Positions 16,472-25,655 of a DNA stretch of 34,221 nucleotides are shown piece by piece. The notes beneath the pieces are model-generated. The model made no database searches. It worked only from the letters and a program-made list of their open reading frames with translations, and was not told the DNA's origin. The stretch is from a virus (Duplodnaviria; Caudoviricetes): the IMG/VR virus record IMGVR_UViG_3300033141_004964, positions 1 through 34,221 of that record. One strand, 5' to 3'. The translations under genes and the position numbers were made by a program. Positions within the stretch are counted from its first letter, which is position 1. Every line of letters begins with the position of its first letter.

Positions 16472-16906
16472 CTAGGTCAGAAGTCTGTAGGTGAGAGTCA
16501 GCACCGATGTGAACAACCGCTTCTCTGCCAGATGGTCGGGCGCGTAGACGGGCTCATTGGCGGTCCTCACCCAGCACGCCTGAGGCGCTGCCGACAACGG
16601 CCGGCGCTGGAGGAACCCGGCGATCTCCTCGACCAAGCCGACCAATTCGGCTACTTCGGTATCCAGGTCCGTGCCCAGCTTCTTCTGTACGCCCACGTCG
16701 ATCTGCACGTCATGCTGGCTCATCGTGCGGGAAGAACCTGTGATCTCCACGGCACGCGGAACGACAGTCACGCGCAGGTCTTGAAGGTCGGACAACTCGA
16801 AGTCCGGCAGCACACTGCGTTGCGGTGTGAAGCTCTGGCTGAGGTCTCCGGTGCCAGCCGCAAGCTCAGCCGTAACCGCGTCCGCTATGTCGATGATGGT
16901 TGACAC
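16472..16906 (-). CDS. Tail terminator-like protein
   Basis: IIDIADAVTAEL...IDVGVQKK...FTSVLTLTY; position in the head-tail connector cluster. Confidence 0.7.
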   Translation of the reverse strand: MSTIIDIADAVTAELAAGTGDLSQSFTPQRSVLPDFELSDLQDLRVTVVPRAVEITGSSRTMSQHDVQIDVGVQKKLGTDLDTEVAELVGLVEEIAGFLQRRPLSAAPQACWVRTANEPVYAPDHLAEKRLFTSVLTLTYRLLT

Positions 16907-16910
16907 TTGC

Positions 16911-17147
16911 TTATGCTCCGAACACCAGGTTCCAGACTGCCCCGACGGCCAGAGTGACGGTCGAGCCAGCGATGATCCAGAGCAGCCGCGACCGGGTCAT
17001 CTCGGCCGCTTCCAGGCGATCAAGTCGAAGCTGAATGCCCGGTCTGCCGTTGCCGCGAATCGCCTCGTCCATCCGGTCGAGTTTGGCGTGGATCGAGGCG
17101 AACTCGTCCCTACAGATGCTCTCATACTGTGCTTCGCAGCCGTTCAT
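16911..17147 (-). CDS. Small coiled-coil protein with C-terminal TM helix (XhlA/holin-like)
   Basis: ATGA overlap; KLDRMDEAIRGNGRPGI...LLWIIAGSTVTLAVGAVW. Confidence 0.6.
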   Translation of the reverse strand: MNGCEAQYESICRDEFASIHAKLDRMDEAIRGNGRPGIQLRLDRLEAAEMTRSRLLWIIAGSTVTLAVGAVWNLVFGA

Positions 17148-17503
17148 TCCGTGCCCACTTCCTTCGTATGAATCCGCATTGTCGTCCGGTACGGATCGCT
17201 CCATCGCCAGTGCCCCTGGCCCGCCAGGTTCATCACCTCGTAGACCACGCCGTCGGCGACGATCTGGTCGCCCGCCTCCGGTTCGTCGAACGTCGGTGAA
17301 AACGCCTCGGCCAGGATCAGGAAGTCCGTCACCTGCGCACCGACCCGAAGGCCGTAGTCGTCCTCGACCTCGTACTCCGTGCGGCCGAACGTGGCGCTGA
17401 CCTGAAGTTCAGTCGCGTCCCGGCGATAGGTGACCTGGCTGGAGCAGTGCGCCGTGCGCTGCTGCTCCAGCCATTGGCTTCCTTGCCTCAACAGGTCACC
17501 CAC
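17144..17503 (-). CDS. Head-closure / head-tail joining protein
   Basis: VTYRR...ATFGRT...DFLI...PEAGDQIV...YEV beta-barrel pattern; position after capsid genes. Confidence 0.75.
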   Translation of the reverse strand: MGDLLRQGSQWLEQQRTAHCSSQVTYRRDATELQVSATFGRTEYEVEDDYGLRVGAQVTDFLILAEAFSPTFDEPEAGDQIVADGVVYEVMNLAGQGHWRWSDPYRTTMRIHTKEVGTE

Positions 17504-17518
17504 GCTCGTGAGACTCCT

Positions 17519-17848
17519 TTACTGGCTCAGGCGAACGCGAACGGTCGTGTCGTCATCGCCTGCAGCGGCGACGGTCTTGCCGATCAGCTTGTTGCCGGTG
17601 GCGGTGGTCGTCGCTTGCTGGTTCGCTTCGTCCCAGTACACGTTCGCGCCCGCGCCGATGGCTTCACCCGTGCCGGTCGCCTTGGGCAGATCGAACACAC
17701 CCGTGACCGCCAGCGCCCCCAGCTTGTCCGCCGGGATGGGCACCTTGGCCACGCCGATGAGTTCTCCCTGAACCACGACATCGCCCGCCGCGACGTCGGT
17801 CGCCGGGGTGTAATCGATGGTGTTTCCGTCATGCACAAAAGTCGCCAT
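17519..17848 (-). CDS. Capsid cement / decoration protein (DUF2190-like)
   Basis: FVHDGNTIDYT...VAAGDVVVQG...GVFDLPKA...VYWD...VRVRL. Confidence 0.9.
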   Translation of the reverse strand: MATFVHDGNTIDYTPATDVAAGDVVVQGELIGVAKVPIPADKLGALAVTGVFDLPKATGTGEAIGAGANVYWDEANQQATTTATGNKLIGKTVAAAGDDDTTVRVRLSQ

Positions 17849-17873
17849 GTGTCAGTTCCTTTCCGTTATGGGC

Positions 17874-19865
17874 TTACGCCGCGCCCTTGCTCTTGACCAT
17901 GCCGCGGAAGTCCACGACGTTCGCTTCCACGTCGAAGACGACCTCGTACTCCACGCGAAGGATCGAACCGTTACCAACCTGCGTGATCGTCGGCGTGCGC
18001 TGGCCGTTGAGGTAGTCCACCTCGACGGTGTCGCAGACGGCCGTATCGCAGATCAGAGACCAGGCGCTCTCGCTGGCCCCGGCGTAGGTGGTGTTCGACA
18101 GGCGCGGCTCGACGATGATCGTGAACACGCCCTGGAACGGGTTGTACGTCGGGTTATTCTTGTCGGCGGCCGTAGCCGCACCGACGTGCTGGAGGCTGGC
18201 GGAATTGATCAACTGCCGGGCGATGAACTCCAGTTCCGGCGGCACCAGCAGGTATCGCGGCTGGAGGCCGATGGCGTTGCCCTGCGAGTCGGTCTGCTTG
18301 CGGAAGGTCTCTAACGCCTTACGCAGCCCCTCGGCTGACAGAACGGTCGTCGCGCCAGTGAGGTAGTTCTTGTTACCGCTGGCAAACAGGCTGGTCGTGC
18401 CGTCGGAGAGCTTGTTGGCCAGCAGCTTGGTGTAGACCAGGTCGTCAATCTTCCGCCGACAGATCGCCCCGAACGCCGCGGGAAGCCGTGTCAGCGCGCC
18501 GAGATCGTCGTTGATGATGTCCGACCGGCCAATGGCGAACGCCAGGGCTTGGGTCTTGAGCTTCACGACGGCCGACTCGTCCGAGGCGGTCAGGTGCTTC
18601 GGTTCCCCGTCGGGACCGATCTCCTGGAGACCGCCGGAGAGATTCAGCCGCGCACGGGTTTGGGTCTTGAAGTCGGGCAGATCGCCCTGGCCGCACCAAC
18701 TCAGCGCCGTGGACGGGAAGTCCGTGTAGCTCTTGAGGAGCGCCTTGTTGGCCACGTTGCTCAACAGCACCGGGAACGACGTGGTGGACAGAGCTGCGCG
18801 AACGATTGCCGCACTGTCCAGATCGGCTTCCAGCCCATCGATCCGCAGGCACATCGCCGCGGCCTGCACGAGGCCCATGCGGCGGTATCGTTGCGCGCCG
18901 TCGAGATAGTCGCGCCCGTATTCGGCCTCGACGAATTTGGTGTCATCCGTGGCGCGAAGGCACAGACCGGCCTCGATGGCACGGACCGGCGAGTGTTCGC
19001 CCGTCACCGTGACCGCCGGGGCCTTGGGACGCTCGGCGCGCAGGACTTCCAATTCGGCCTTCGTCACGTCCCATCCCTCCTTGATCGCCGTGGCGGCGAG
19101 GTCCGCGTGATCTCCACAGACCTTTCGCACGGCGGCGATACGTTCCTGTTCGGCAGCCGCTTCGGCGCGGATGTCGCCCGCCGGATCGATTCCGGCGGTT
19201 GCGGACGGACCGGTCTCCTTACCGGTCCCATCCGCTGCCTGCGCGTCGGCGGCCTCGATGTTCTGTTGTTGCTGTTTGACTTCCGTGTCCTTCATCGTGT
19301 CATTCTCCCTGGCCGAAGCGGCCACGTTTGCCGAGGTATTGCCGTCGGCTGCAAGGTCTACAAAGCTGATCTCACCCAGCGTCGAGCGCCGGACGACATA
19401 GACAGGTCCGGCGAACTCCCGGCCGTTGACGGCGGCCATCTGGCCATCCTTAACGAACTCGAACTGATCTACTGTCGCGCCGATGCTCGCCTGCCACGGG
19501 AATCCGTTATGGGCGTCGGCGACGACCTCCTGGGCCGTCCGGCCCGTACAGGAAACGATCCCCTCGGCCGTGAGTGTTCCACCGTCCACGCGGATCGCGT
19601 CGGTGTGGCCCACGCGTTTGTCGGTGTCGTGGCCGACGCGGATGGGCCGGACCTGCGAGGGAATGCTCATCCCGGCCAGGTCCACCACGACCGGGAACTT
19701 CCACTCGGCCAGGCGCATCGGTCCGCCGGTGTAGGCGATCATGCTGAATCGAGGCAGTTTCGCCTTGGCATCGTCGTCCGAACGGTCGGCGACGCCGCCT
19801 GCTTCGATCCGCATGGACGCCGTGAGCGTGAGCTGCTCAGGCGGCTTGTTGGGATTGTTCTTCAT
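17874..19865 (-). CDS. Fused prohead protease and major capsid protein
   Basis: N-terminal protease (AYTGG, GHD...VGH, PWQASIG, EISFV), scaffold-like linker, HK97-fold C-terminus (IINDDLGAL, PRYLLVPPEL, YLNGQRTP, DFRGMVK). Confidence 0.9.
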   Translation of the reverse strand: MKNNPNKPPEQLTLTASMRIEAGGVADRSDDDAKAKLPRFSMIAYTGGPMRLAEWKFPVVVDLAGMSIPSQVRPIRVGHDTDKRVGHTDAIRVDGGTLTAEGIVSCTGRTAQEVVADAHNGFPWQASIGATVDQFEFVKDGQMAAVNGREFAGPVYVVRRSTLGEISFVDLAADGNTSANVAASARENDTMKDTEVKQQQQNIEAADAQAADGTGKETGPSATAGIDPAGDIRAEAAAEQERIAAVRKVCGDHADLAATAIKEGWDVTKAELEVLRAERPKAPAVTVTGEHSPVRAIEAGLCLRATDDTKFVEAEYGRDYLDGAQRYRRMGLVQAAAMCLRIDGLEADLDSAAIVRAALSTTSFPVLLSNVANKALLKSYTDFPSTALSWCGQGDLPDFKTQTRARLNLSGGLQEIGPDGEPKHLTASDESAVVKLKTQALAFAIGRSDIINDDLGALTRLPAAFGAICRRKIDDLVYTKLLANKLSDGTTSLFASGNKNYLTGATTVLSAEGLRKALETFRKQTDSQGNAIGLQPRYLLVPPELEFIARQLINSASLQHVGAATAADKNNPTYNPFQGVFTIIVEPRLSNTTYAGASESAWSLICDTAVCDTVEVDYLNGQRTPTITQVGNGSILRVEYEVVFDVEANVVDFRGMVKSKGAA

Positions 19866-21282
19866 CGTCGTCTTCCTCGATTGGTTCTTCCTGTTCGGGT
19901 TTCGACCGCGCCTGCGAGGCGGGAAGTCCCAGTTCCTTGATCAGGGCGACTTCGCGCGCCCGTTGGCGCAGCTCGGTCTCCCAGTCCTTTCCTTGACGGG
20001 CATACTCTGCCGCCAGCGTGGTGGTATTGCTGGTCAGGCGGGTCGCCTGGGCGTTGGCTTCCTTGGCCGGATCGACGTGTTCGTGCCCGTCCCAGAACCA
20101 CTGGTGCGGCGAGTCGACCGCGTCGCCCGCCCCGAACACGCGAACAGCCTCCGACAGCCACGCGCCGAGGATGCGGTCCAGAACGCGGGATTCCAGATCG
20201 GCCTGCTCGACGGAGATGCTCTTGTAGTAGGTCTGGTGGTCCAACCGACCGGAGGCGTAGTTGTAGTCGCTGGAGTTGCAGGCAGCGATGTTGTACGGCA
20301 TGTTCAGACAGCGTGCGATCTCGTTGAGAATCTCCCGTTTGAACATGTCATAGGTGGTCGCGGGCTGCTCGGCCTTGATCTGCGACGGCTCCCAACCCTC
20401 CGGCGTGAAGACGGCCATGTTCGAGACGAACTCCATTTCCGTCATGGGCTCGACCTCGGCCGACTCACCCCCGGCGGGCGTGTTAGTCTTCATCAGAATG
20501 GCGATATTGGCCGCGCTTTCCGCCGCCTTGATCACCGCCAACGTGTAACGCCGCAGTTGGGCGAACAGCGGAAGCGCCGGCAGAATATCCGGCAGGCCGC
20601 GCGATTGGCCCGGCCGGTCGGCGCGGAACCAGTGAATCATGCTCGTCGCCGGGATGCGGTCGTACCGCGTACCCACCGACGCGCCGCTCGAGCCGGGATG
20701 CTCGCCCAGCACGTGGTACTCTTTCGGGTTGCCGAACTCGTCGAAAACGATCCCGTCCACCTTCCCGGCCGAATCGGCTATGATCGGCGAGAGGTCAGGC
20801 GTGGTGACCTGATCGGCCTCGATCAGGCGGATGTCGAGCTTGACCGGACCGTCGAGTTCGGCGTTGTTGAACAGCAGCGCGAACGCCTCCCCGTCGGCGG
20901 CGCGGGCCTGTCGCATGGTGCGGAGCTTGCCGGGCAGATCGACAGCCTTCGCCCAGGCGGCGAACTCGGCTTCGATCTCGCGATTGGTCTGATCGCTGTC
21001 GGTCAGCATCTGGAGACGCGGCCCGGTGCCGATCACGTCGTTGGCCAGTGTGAGCACGATCCCGCGAGCATAGGCGTTGTTGGCCACCTCGTAGCGGGCG
21101 CGGCTGCGGAGGGTGCGGCGCACGTCCGGTGAACCGGCGGCGTCAGCCGAGAGATGATCGGCATTGGCCCAGTGTTTGCGGTTATCCGGCGTGGTCCGCG
21201 CCGCGTCGAATCGGCCGCGCACGAGCATCATCTGCCCGACGGTCTGCACCTTCTTGCGTTTTATCCAGGGCCACAATCCCAT
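19837..21282 (-). CDS. Portal protein (lambda family)
   Basis: LRSRARYEVANN, DGEAF, RPGQSRGLP, NYASGRL, HVDPAKEA. Confidence 0.93.
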   Translation of the reverse strand: MGLWPWIKRKKVQTVGQMMLVRGRFDAARTTPDNRKHWANADHLSADAAGSPDVRRTLRSRARYEVANNAYARGIVLTLANDVIGTGPRLQMLTDSDQTNREIEAEFAAWAKAVDLPGKLRTMRQARAADGEAFALLFNNAELDGPVKLDIRLIEADQVTTPDLSPIIADSAGKVDGIVFDEFGNPKEYHVLGEHPGSSGASVGTRYDRIPATSMIHWFRADRPGQSRGLPDILPALPLFAQLRRYTLAVIKAAESAANIAILMKTNTPAGGESAEVEPMTEMEFVSNMAVFTPEGWEPSQIKAEQPATTYDMFKREILNEIARCLNMPYNIAACNSSDYNYASGRLDHQTYYKSISVEQADLESRVLDRILGAWLSEAVRVFGAGDAVDSPHQWFWDGHEHVDPAKEANAQATRLTSNTTTLAAEYARQGKDWETELRQRAREVALIKELGLPASQARSKPEQEEPIEEDDDEEQSQQAA

Positions 21283-21285
21283 GTG

Positions 21286-21483
21286 TTACACCGCTCCCGG
21301 GGGTACAATCTTGGCGCGAGTGAACGCCTTGGCCGGATTCTTCCCCGCGTCTTTACTCGCGAGGTACTTGTCGGCCTCGATCTGGTCTTTCAGCGAATGC
21401 TGATCGACACTGCCCGAATCGCCGCTGGCGCGCTTGGGCCCCTCGGCGTTCTGCTTGATGGTTTCCTTCAAATCTTCAGCCAT
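21286..21483 (-). CDS. Head completion protein (gpW-like position)
   Basis: 65 aa between terminase and portal; AAAGG RBS. Confidence 0.65.
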   Translation of the reverse strand: MAEDLKETIKQNAEGPKRASGDSGSVDQHSLKDQIEADKYLASKDAGKNPAKAFTRAKIVPPGAV

Positions 21484-21558
21484 AGCGCCGCCTTTCCTTC
21501 ACTACCTACCGCCGAGGAGCGCTATGTGTCCGGGCGTGGGCCACGCGGGGGATGAGGG

Positions 21559-21572
21559 TTCCAGATATGGAA
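21559..21572. promoter_or_regulatory. Palindrome upstream of head genes, candidate late-activator site
   Basis: TTCCA-GATA-TGGAA in the spacer just after the zinc-ribbon gene. Confidence 0.35.
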
Positions 21573-21578
21573 AGAATG

Positions 21579-21782
21579 TCAGTTGTCCGAGCCGACGGCC
21601 CGCTCGGACGTGGTCATGCGCCGGCCGCAGTGGCGGCAGCGACGGTAGCGGATGATCATCCGGTTCACCTTCCGGGTGTGGTCCACGACGAAGTGGCGAC
21701 AGCCGCAATCGCGGCATTCCAGACCCACGGCCCGCTCGGTAGACGGCCAGGCTTTGCGTTCGCTCAACTGCTCGTCCATCAA
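21579..21782 (-). CDS. Zinc-ribbon protein (Ogr/Delta- or NrdR-N-like)
   Basis: CRDCGC...TR...IIRYRRCRHCGRRMTTSE. Confidence 0.75.
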   Translation of the reverse strand: MMDEQLSERKAWPSTERAVGLECRDCGCRHFVVDHTRKVNRMIIRYRRCRHCGRRMTTSERAVGSDN

Positions 21783-24067
21783 TCTCTCCTCCGCAGATCA
21801 GCCTGCGTGTAGCGCTTCCGAGAGCGGGCGGCGGTCTCGCCGGGGGCCTTGACGCCGCACATCGAAGCCGCGGCGGCGCAGCCGACCAGGCAGTCGAACC
21901 AGTGGTTGTCCGGGCGCGTCGGACGCGGGGACCATTCGTGGACGACCCGGCCCAGGGCGGCGGTTTCGACCCAGGTTTCCGAATGGGCAACGTGCTCTGC
22001 GAACAGTTCGTGCTCGCGGCCGTCGGTGCCGAAGATGCTGATGCCGCCCCGGTCCCCGGGGGCGGTGAGCAGGCCCGAATGCACGAACGTTTTCCAGTAG
22101 TTCACATCCGTCAGCACGTGGGGGAACTCGCCGGTCTTGCGGACGTTGGGAATGTACCAGTAGTGGCCGTGCACCTCGCCGGGATGGCGGGTGTAGGTCG
22201 CCAGCGGCTTGCGGGACGCCCGGATGCCCATGCCCTTGGCGAGCATCATGGCGTTGCCGCCGGCCTTTCGTTTCACGTCGGCGACGATGCCCGGCTTATA
22301 GCCCATGTCCACCAGCACCCGGTCGATCTTCATCAACCCGTCGCCGCGCTTCCATTCGCGCGACAGGTAGGTCGTGACCAGTCTTTCCATCCCGGCGTGG
22401 ATCGCACCGTCCACGCCCGCGCCGGGGAAAGACCGGCCCAGCGTGCCCGTGGCAGTCTTGAGTGTGAAAATGTGCCGCCTCTGCTGCGGGAACGTGCCGT
22501 AGTCGATGATGTAGCCGGTGAAGTTCTCCTCCCAGGCGCAGACGCAATAGAACAGCAAACGGTCATGCACGTCGATGAACATGGTCAGCTTCGTGCAGGA
22601 CGCGGGCACCTCGCCGCGCTTGCGCCCGTTGATCTTTTCACAGACCTGATCAACGGTGAGAACCTGATCGTTGATCTGTTCCAGGACCGGCTCGTTTTGA
22701 TACTCGCTGGCGAAGGCCTCGGGACCAACCTTGAGCTTCAGGTTCACCGCGTGTTGGATCGCCGAGGCTTCGGTCCTGCTGTCGTAGCGGGCGGGCCAGG
22801 CGACGGCCGCGCCGGCATCCATCGCTTCCCGGTTGTCGCGGTAGAACTTTGTCGCGGCGGCGTGGCCTTGCGAGCGGCGGATGTTGGCGTACTCGTCCCA
22901 GAGCTTTTCGGCGATTTGTCCGACCGGAAAGGCGTAGACCAACTTGGTGCATTCGCTATCCCATTCGGGGTTCTTCTCGCGGTCGAGCACCTGATCGGCC
23001 AGGTCGCCGTCGTAGATTTTCGTGCAGGTCAACACCGCCGAAATGGTCTCGCCCGGACCGGCCATGCCGAGCACATCTCCGTTGAGCAGTTCCGCGCGGC
23101 GTTTGGTCTGCGTCGGAGACGCCGCCGACTGGCGCGTCTGGGGATCGTCCAGGAGAACCAGAGACGGACGGATGACCGAGCCGTCGGCGCGGGTGTGCTG
23201 TTGGCCGCGCATGTTCGCGTCGAGACTGGTCGTCGTGATGATGGACCCGCACGACGGGCTGGTCTGGTAACCATTGTCGCGCAGCGCGCGGGGCAGGTGT
23301 CCTTCGGAAAAACCCTCGATGGTCGGGAAGACCAGCTTTTCCTGGCCCCAATGGACGTGCGTCAAGCGGCCCTGGATGTGCTGTTGAAGCTGTCGCTTCG
23401 AGCTGTTCTCCAGGCACCGTAGCGGATGGACCGCCTCGGGGAAGTCCGCCAGCAGCAGCGGGTTCTCCAGAACGTGTTTCTTGATCGGCAGCAGCAGCTC
23501 CTTGGCGCGATCGTCGGCTGCGCCGATCAGGCAGACGAACGGTCGATAGCCGTAGAGTATCGCCCACAACGCCGAGCAGCGCGCCAGCGTGGTCTTGCCC
23601 GAGCCGCGCGGCATGGCGAAGGCGAACAGCCCGCCGGCGCGCACGGCATTCTCCATCCGGCCGATCACGCGGAGGTGATCGTCCGACCACGCCCGGTAGA
23701 AGGCTGAGGGGAAGTAGGTCTCGCAGAACAGACGGAACGACTCACCGCACGACCTGCGTCGGTCGTAGTCGTCGATCTCGGGGATGGGATGGACGTCCTG
23801 GGACGCCTTGGTAGCCGCGCGGTTGCGTTCGGCCTGCCTGCGCCGCGCCTCGGCGTAGTCGGCCTTCGGCGGTCGCGGTTTGTCCAGCTCGTCGGCCAGC
23901 CAGCGGGCGTAGCGTACCAGGTGGATGCGCGTGCCGTCTCCGAACTTCAGCGCCCCGGCGTCCATCTGACGGCGCAGGCGCGAGCGGGTCAGCACCACGC
24001 CCAGCGACGTGGCGTTGATCACCTGGAGCAGATCGCTCCGCGTCAGACTGGTCGGGTCAATCGCCAT
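21779..24067 (-). CDS. terL: Terminase large subunit (GpA-type) with N-terminal HTH extension
   Basis: Walker A MPRGSGKTT, Walker B LVLLDD, EYQNEP, nuclease FIDV...VDMG...DNHWFDC. Confidence 0.9.
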   Translation of the reverse strand: MAIDPTSLTRSDLLQVINATSLGVVLTRSRLRRQMDAGALKFGDGTRIHLVRYARWLADELDKPRPPKADYAEARRRQAERNRAATKASQDVHPIPEIDDYDRRRSCGESFRLFCETYFPSAFYRAWSDDHLRVIGRMENAVRAGGLFAFAMPRGSGKTTLARCSALWAILYGYRPFVCLIGAADDRAKELLLPIKKHVLENPLLLADFPEAVHPLRCLENSSKRQLQQHIQGRLTHVHWGQEKLVFPTIEGFSEGHLPRALRDNGYQTSPSCGSIITTTSLDANMRGQQHTRADGSVIRPSLVLLDDPQTRQSAASPTQTKRRAELLNGDVLGMAGPGETISAVLTCTKIYDGDLADQVLDREKNPEWDSECTKLVYAFPVGQIAEKLWDEYANIRRSQGHAAATKFYRDNREAMDAGAAVAWPARYDSRTEASAIQHAVNLKLKVGPEAFASEYQNEPVLEQINDQVLTVDQVCEKINGRKRGEVPASCTKLTMFIDVHDRLLFYCVCAWEENFTGYIIDYGTFPQQRRHIFTLKTATGTLGRSFPGAGVDGAIHAGMERLVTTYLSREWKRGDGLMKIDRVLVDMGYKPGIVADVKRKAGGNAMMLAKGMGIRASRKPLATYTRHPGEVHGHYWYIPNVRKTGEFPHVLTDVNYWKTFVHSGLLTAPGDRGGISIFGTDGREHELFAEHVAHSETWVETAALGRVVHEWSPRPTRPDNHWFDCLVGCAAAASMCGVKAPGETAARSRKRYTQADLRRRD

Positions 24068-24296
24068 CGTGCTCCTTCAGCCGCCGATTCAGCCAGGCGG
24101 TGTAATGCACCAGGTTGACGCTGCCATCCGCCGCCGTCGGCGCGCCGGCCGCGATGTGCCGGCGGACCTTCGACTCGGCCAGCCCCAGTAGCCGCGCGAG
24201 CTGGACGACGGTCAGCGCCGCCGGGTCGGCCGCCCCCGCGTCGCCAGTCGGGGCGGGGGACGGAGAATTCCTCGAAGAATCTTTGCGATTAGTCAT
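24057..24296 (-). CDS. Terminase small subunit-like HTH protein
   Basis: LTVVQLARLLG...RRHIAAGAP...NLVHYTAWL, Nu1-like wHTH; overlaps terL start. Confidence 0.65.
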   Translation of the reverse strand: MTNRKDSSRNSPSPAPTGDAGAADPAALTVVQLARLLGLAESKVRRHIAAGAPTAADGSVNLVHYTAWLNRRLKEHDGD

Positions 24297-24417
24297 AACT
24301 CTTTAGCCCATAGATATCTGTGGCGCGCACTAGTCCGCTGTCCTTCCGCGAACTTGCCTTGGCACGGGCGCGAAACCATGGCCTGATGGGGTCATGGAAA
24401 ACGGAAAGGACAACGCA

Positions 24418-24618
24418 ATGAAGCATGAACGCGAGAACCACAAGGAAGGCAGCACGATCTACCGGGCGACCGTCACCGACACGATCAACGGTGAACGGGT
24501 CGGACGGTTCACCTTCAGCGCTGATCGGCTGGAAGAAGCGCGGCAGCGCGGCTGGCGGATCGCCGGTAGCCGATTCGGCAACGACATCCACGTCCGCATC
24601 GAGCGGATTTCCAAGTAA
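24418..24618 (+). CDS. Small hypothetical protein
   Basis: AAGGA RBS before ATG 24418; first gene of the plus-strand cassette. Confidence 0.6.
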   Translation: MKHERENHKEGSTIYRATVTDTINGERVGRFTFSADRLEEARQRGWRIAGSRFGNDIHVRIERISK

Positions 24619-24633
24619 CCCCCAACCGAAGGC

Positions 24634-24897
24634 ATGTCCATGAAAACGACACGAATCGAGTTCACCGACGACGACAACGAACGCTTCGTTACCGTCCAGC
24701 GCCAGGGCGCATACCTGCTGGCCACCTTGTTCAGCCCGGAGACGCCCAACGGCAGGAACCATTGGATCGGGATCGATGACGCCGACGACATCCGTTCCGC
24801 CGCCGACCTGCTGTTCTGCTTTCTTGAAGGACACGACGGCACGAACTCGGATATCCACGAGATGTACCTGCGGCTGCTGCCGCTTTCTGACATCTGA
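24634..24897 (+). CDS. Small acidic hypothetical protein
   Basis: GAAGG RBS; GC3-rich codons; in cassette. Confidence 0.65.
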   Translation: MSMKTTRIEFTDDDNERFVTVQRQGAYLLATLFSPETPNGRNHWIGIDDADDIRSAADLLFCFLEGHDGTNSDIHEMYLRLLPLSDI

Positions 24898-24915
24898 CCA
24901 GAAGGAGAGACGACT

Positions 24916-25143
24916 ATGAGACACAAACAACCGAAAACCTACGACGCGAGGATTCTCACCGACGCCATCAAGGACAGCCTCAGCCCGAAGGCCGCTGCGG
25001 CGATGGGGTGTTTCCTGCTCGACGTGAAACTGCCCATCGGCGACGACGACGTCTGGCGAGAGCTGAACTGGTTTGCGGAAGAGATCATCGACGTATTGGG
25101 CGAAGGCGAATTCACCCGCCTCTGCGACGAGATGGGACTGTAG
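24916..25143 (+). CDS. Small acidic hypothetical protein
   Basis: AAGGAG RBS; in cassette. Confidence 0.65.
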   Translation: MRHKQPKTYDARILTDAIKDSLSPKAAAAMGCFLLDVKLPIGDDDVWRELNWFAEEIIDVLGEGEFTRLCDEMGL

Positions 25144-25182
25144 AAAACCGGCCCACCGGGCCCCAACAGAAAGGACAGCACG

Positions 25183-25647
25183 ATGAAGAAGAGCGAAGTC
25201 AAGATCGGCGGCACGTATCTGGCGAAGGTCACCGGAAAGGTGGTCCCCGTCCGCATCGACGCGGCCAACGCCCGCGGCGGGTGGGACGCGACCAACACGG
25301 TGACGAAGAAAAAGGTGCGGATCAAGAGCGCCCAGCGACTTCGAGGCCAGGCGGCCACACCGGATGAACCTGAGCCGAAGGCCAAGACCCCGACCGCCAG
25401 CGCCGAGAAGAAACCGAAACGCCTCAGCGGACTTGACGCCGCCGCGAAGGTCCTCGGCCTGGGCGCTGCGCTGCCGATGCGATGCGGCGACATCGTCAAG
25501 ATCATGATCGACCGCGGCTACTGGAAGACCAACGGCAAGACGCCGGCGGCGACGATTTACGCGGCAATTACGCGCGAGATCGCCGCCAAGGGCGACGCCA
25601 GCCGATTCCGCAAGGTCGAACGCGGCAAGTTCACATTGGCCAAGTAG
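25183..25647 (+). CDS. Winged-helix (HARE-HTH) protein with N-terminal SH3-like barrel
   Basis: LDAAAKVL...[22 protein letters not shown]...[10 protein letters not shown] matches the HARE-HTH pattern. Confidence 0.8.
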   Translation: MKKSEVKIGGTYLAKVTGKVVPVRIDAANARGGWDATNTVTKKKVRIKSAQRLRGQAATPDEPEPKAKTPTASAEKKPKRLSGLDAAAKVLGLGAALPMRCGDIVKIMIDRGYWKTNGKTPAATIYAAITREIAAKGDASRFRKVERGKFTLAK

Positions 25648-25655
25648 CGCCCGCC

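Noticed and set aside
18549-23422. Long plus-strand ORFs (463, 463 and 506 aa)
   Set aside because: Antisense shadows of capsid, portal and terminase genes in GC-rich DNA; no motifs.
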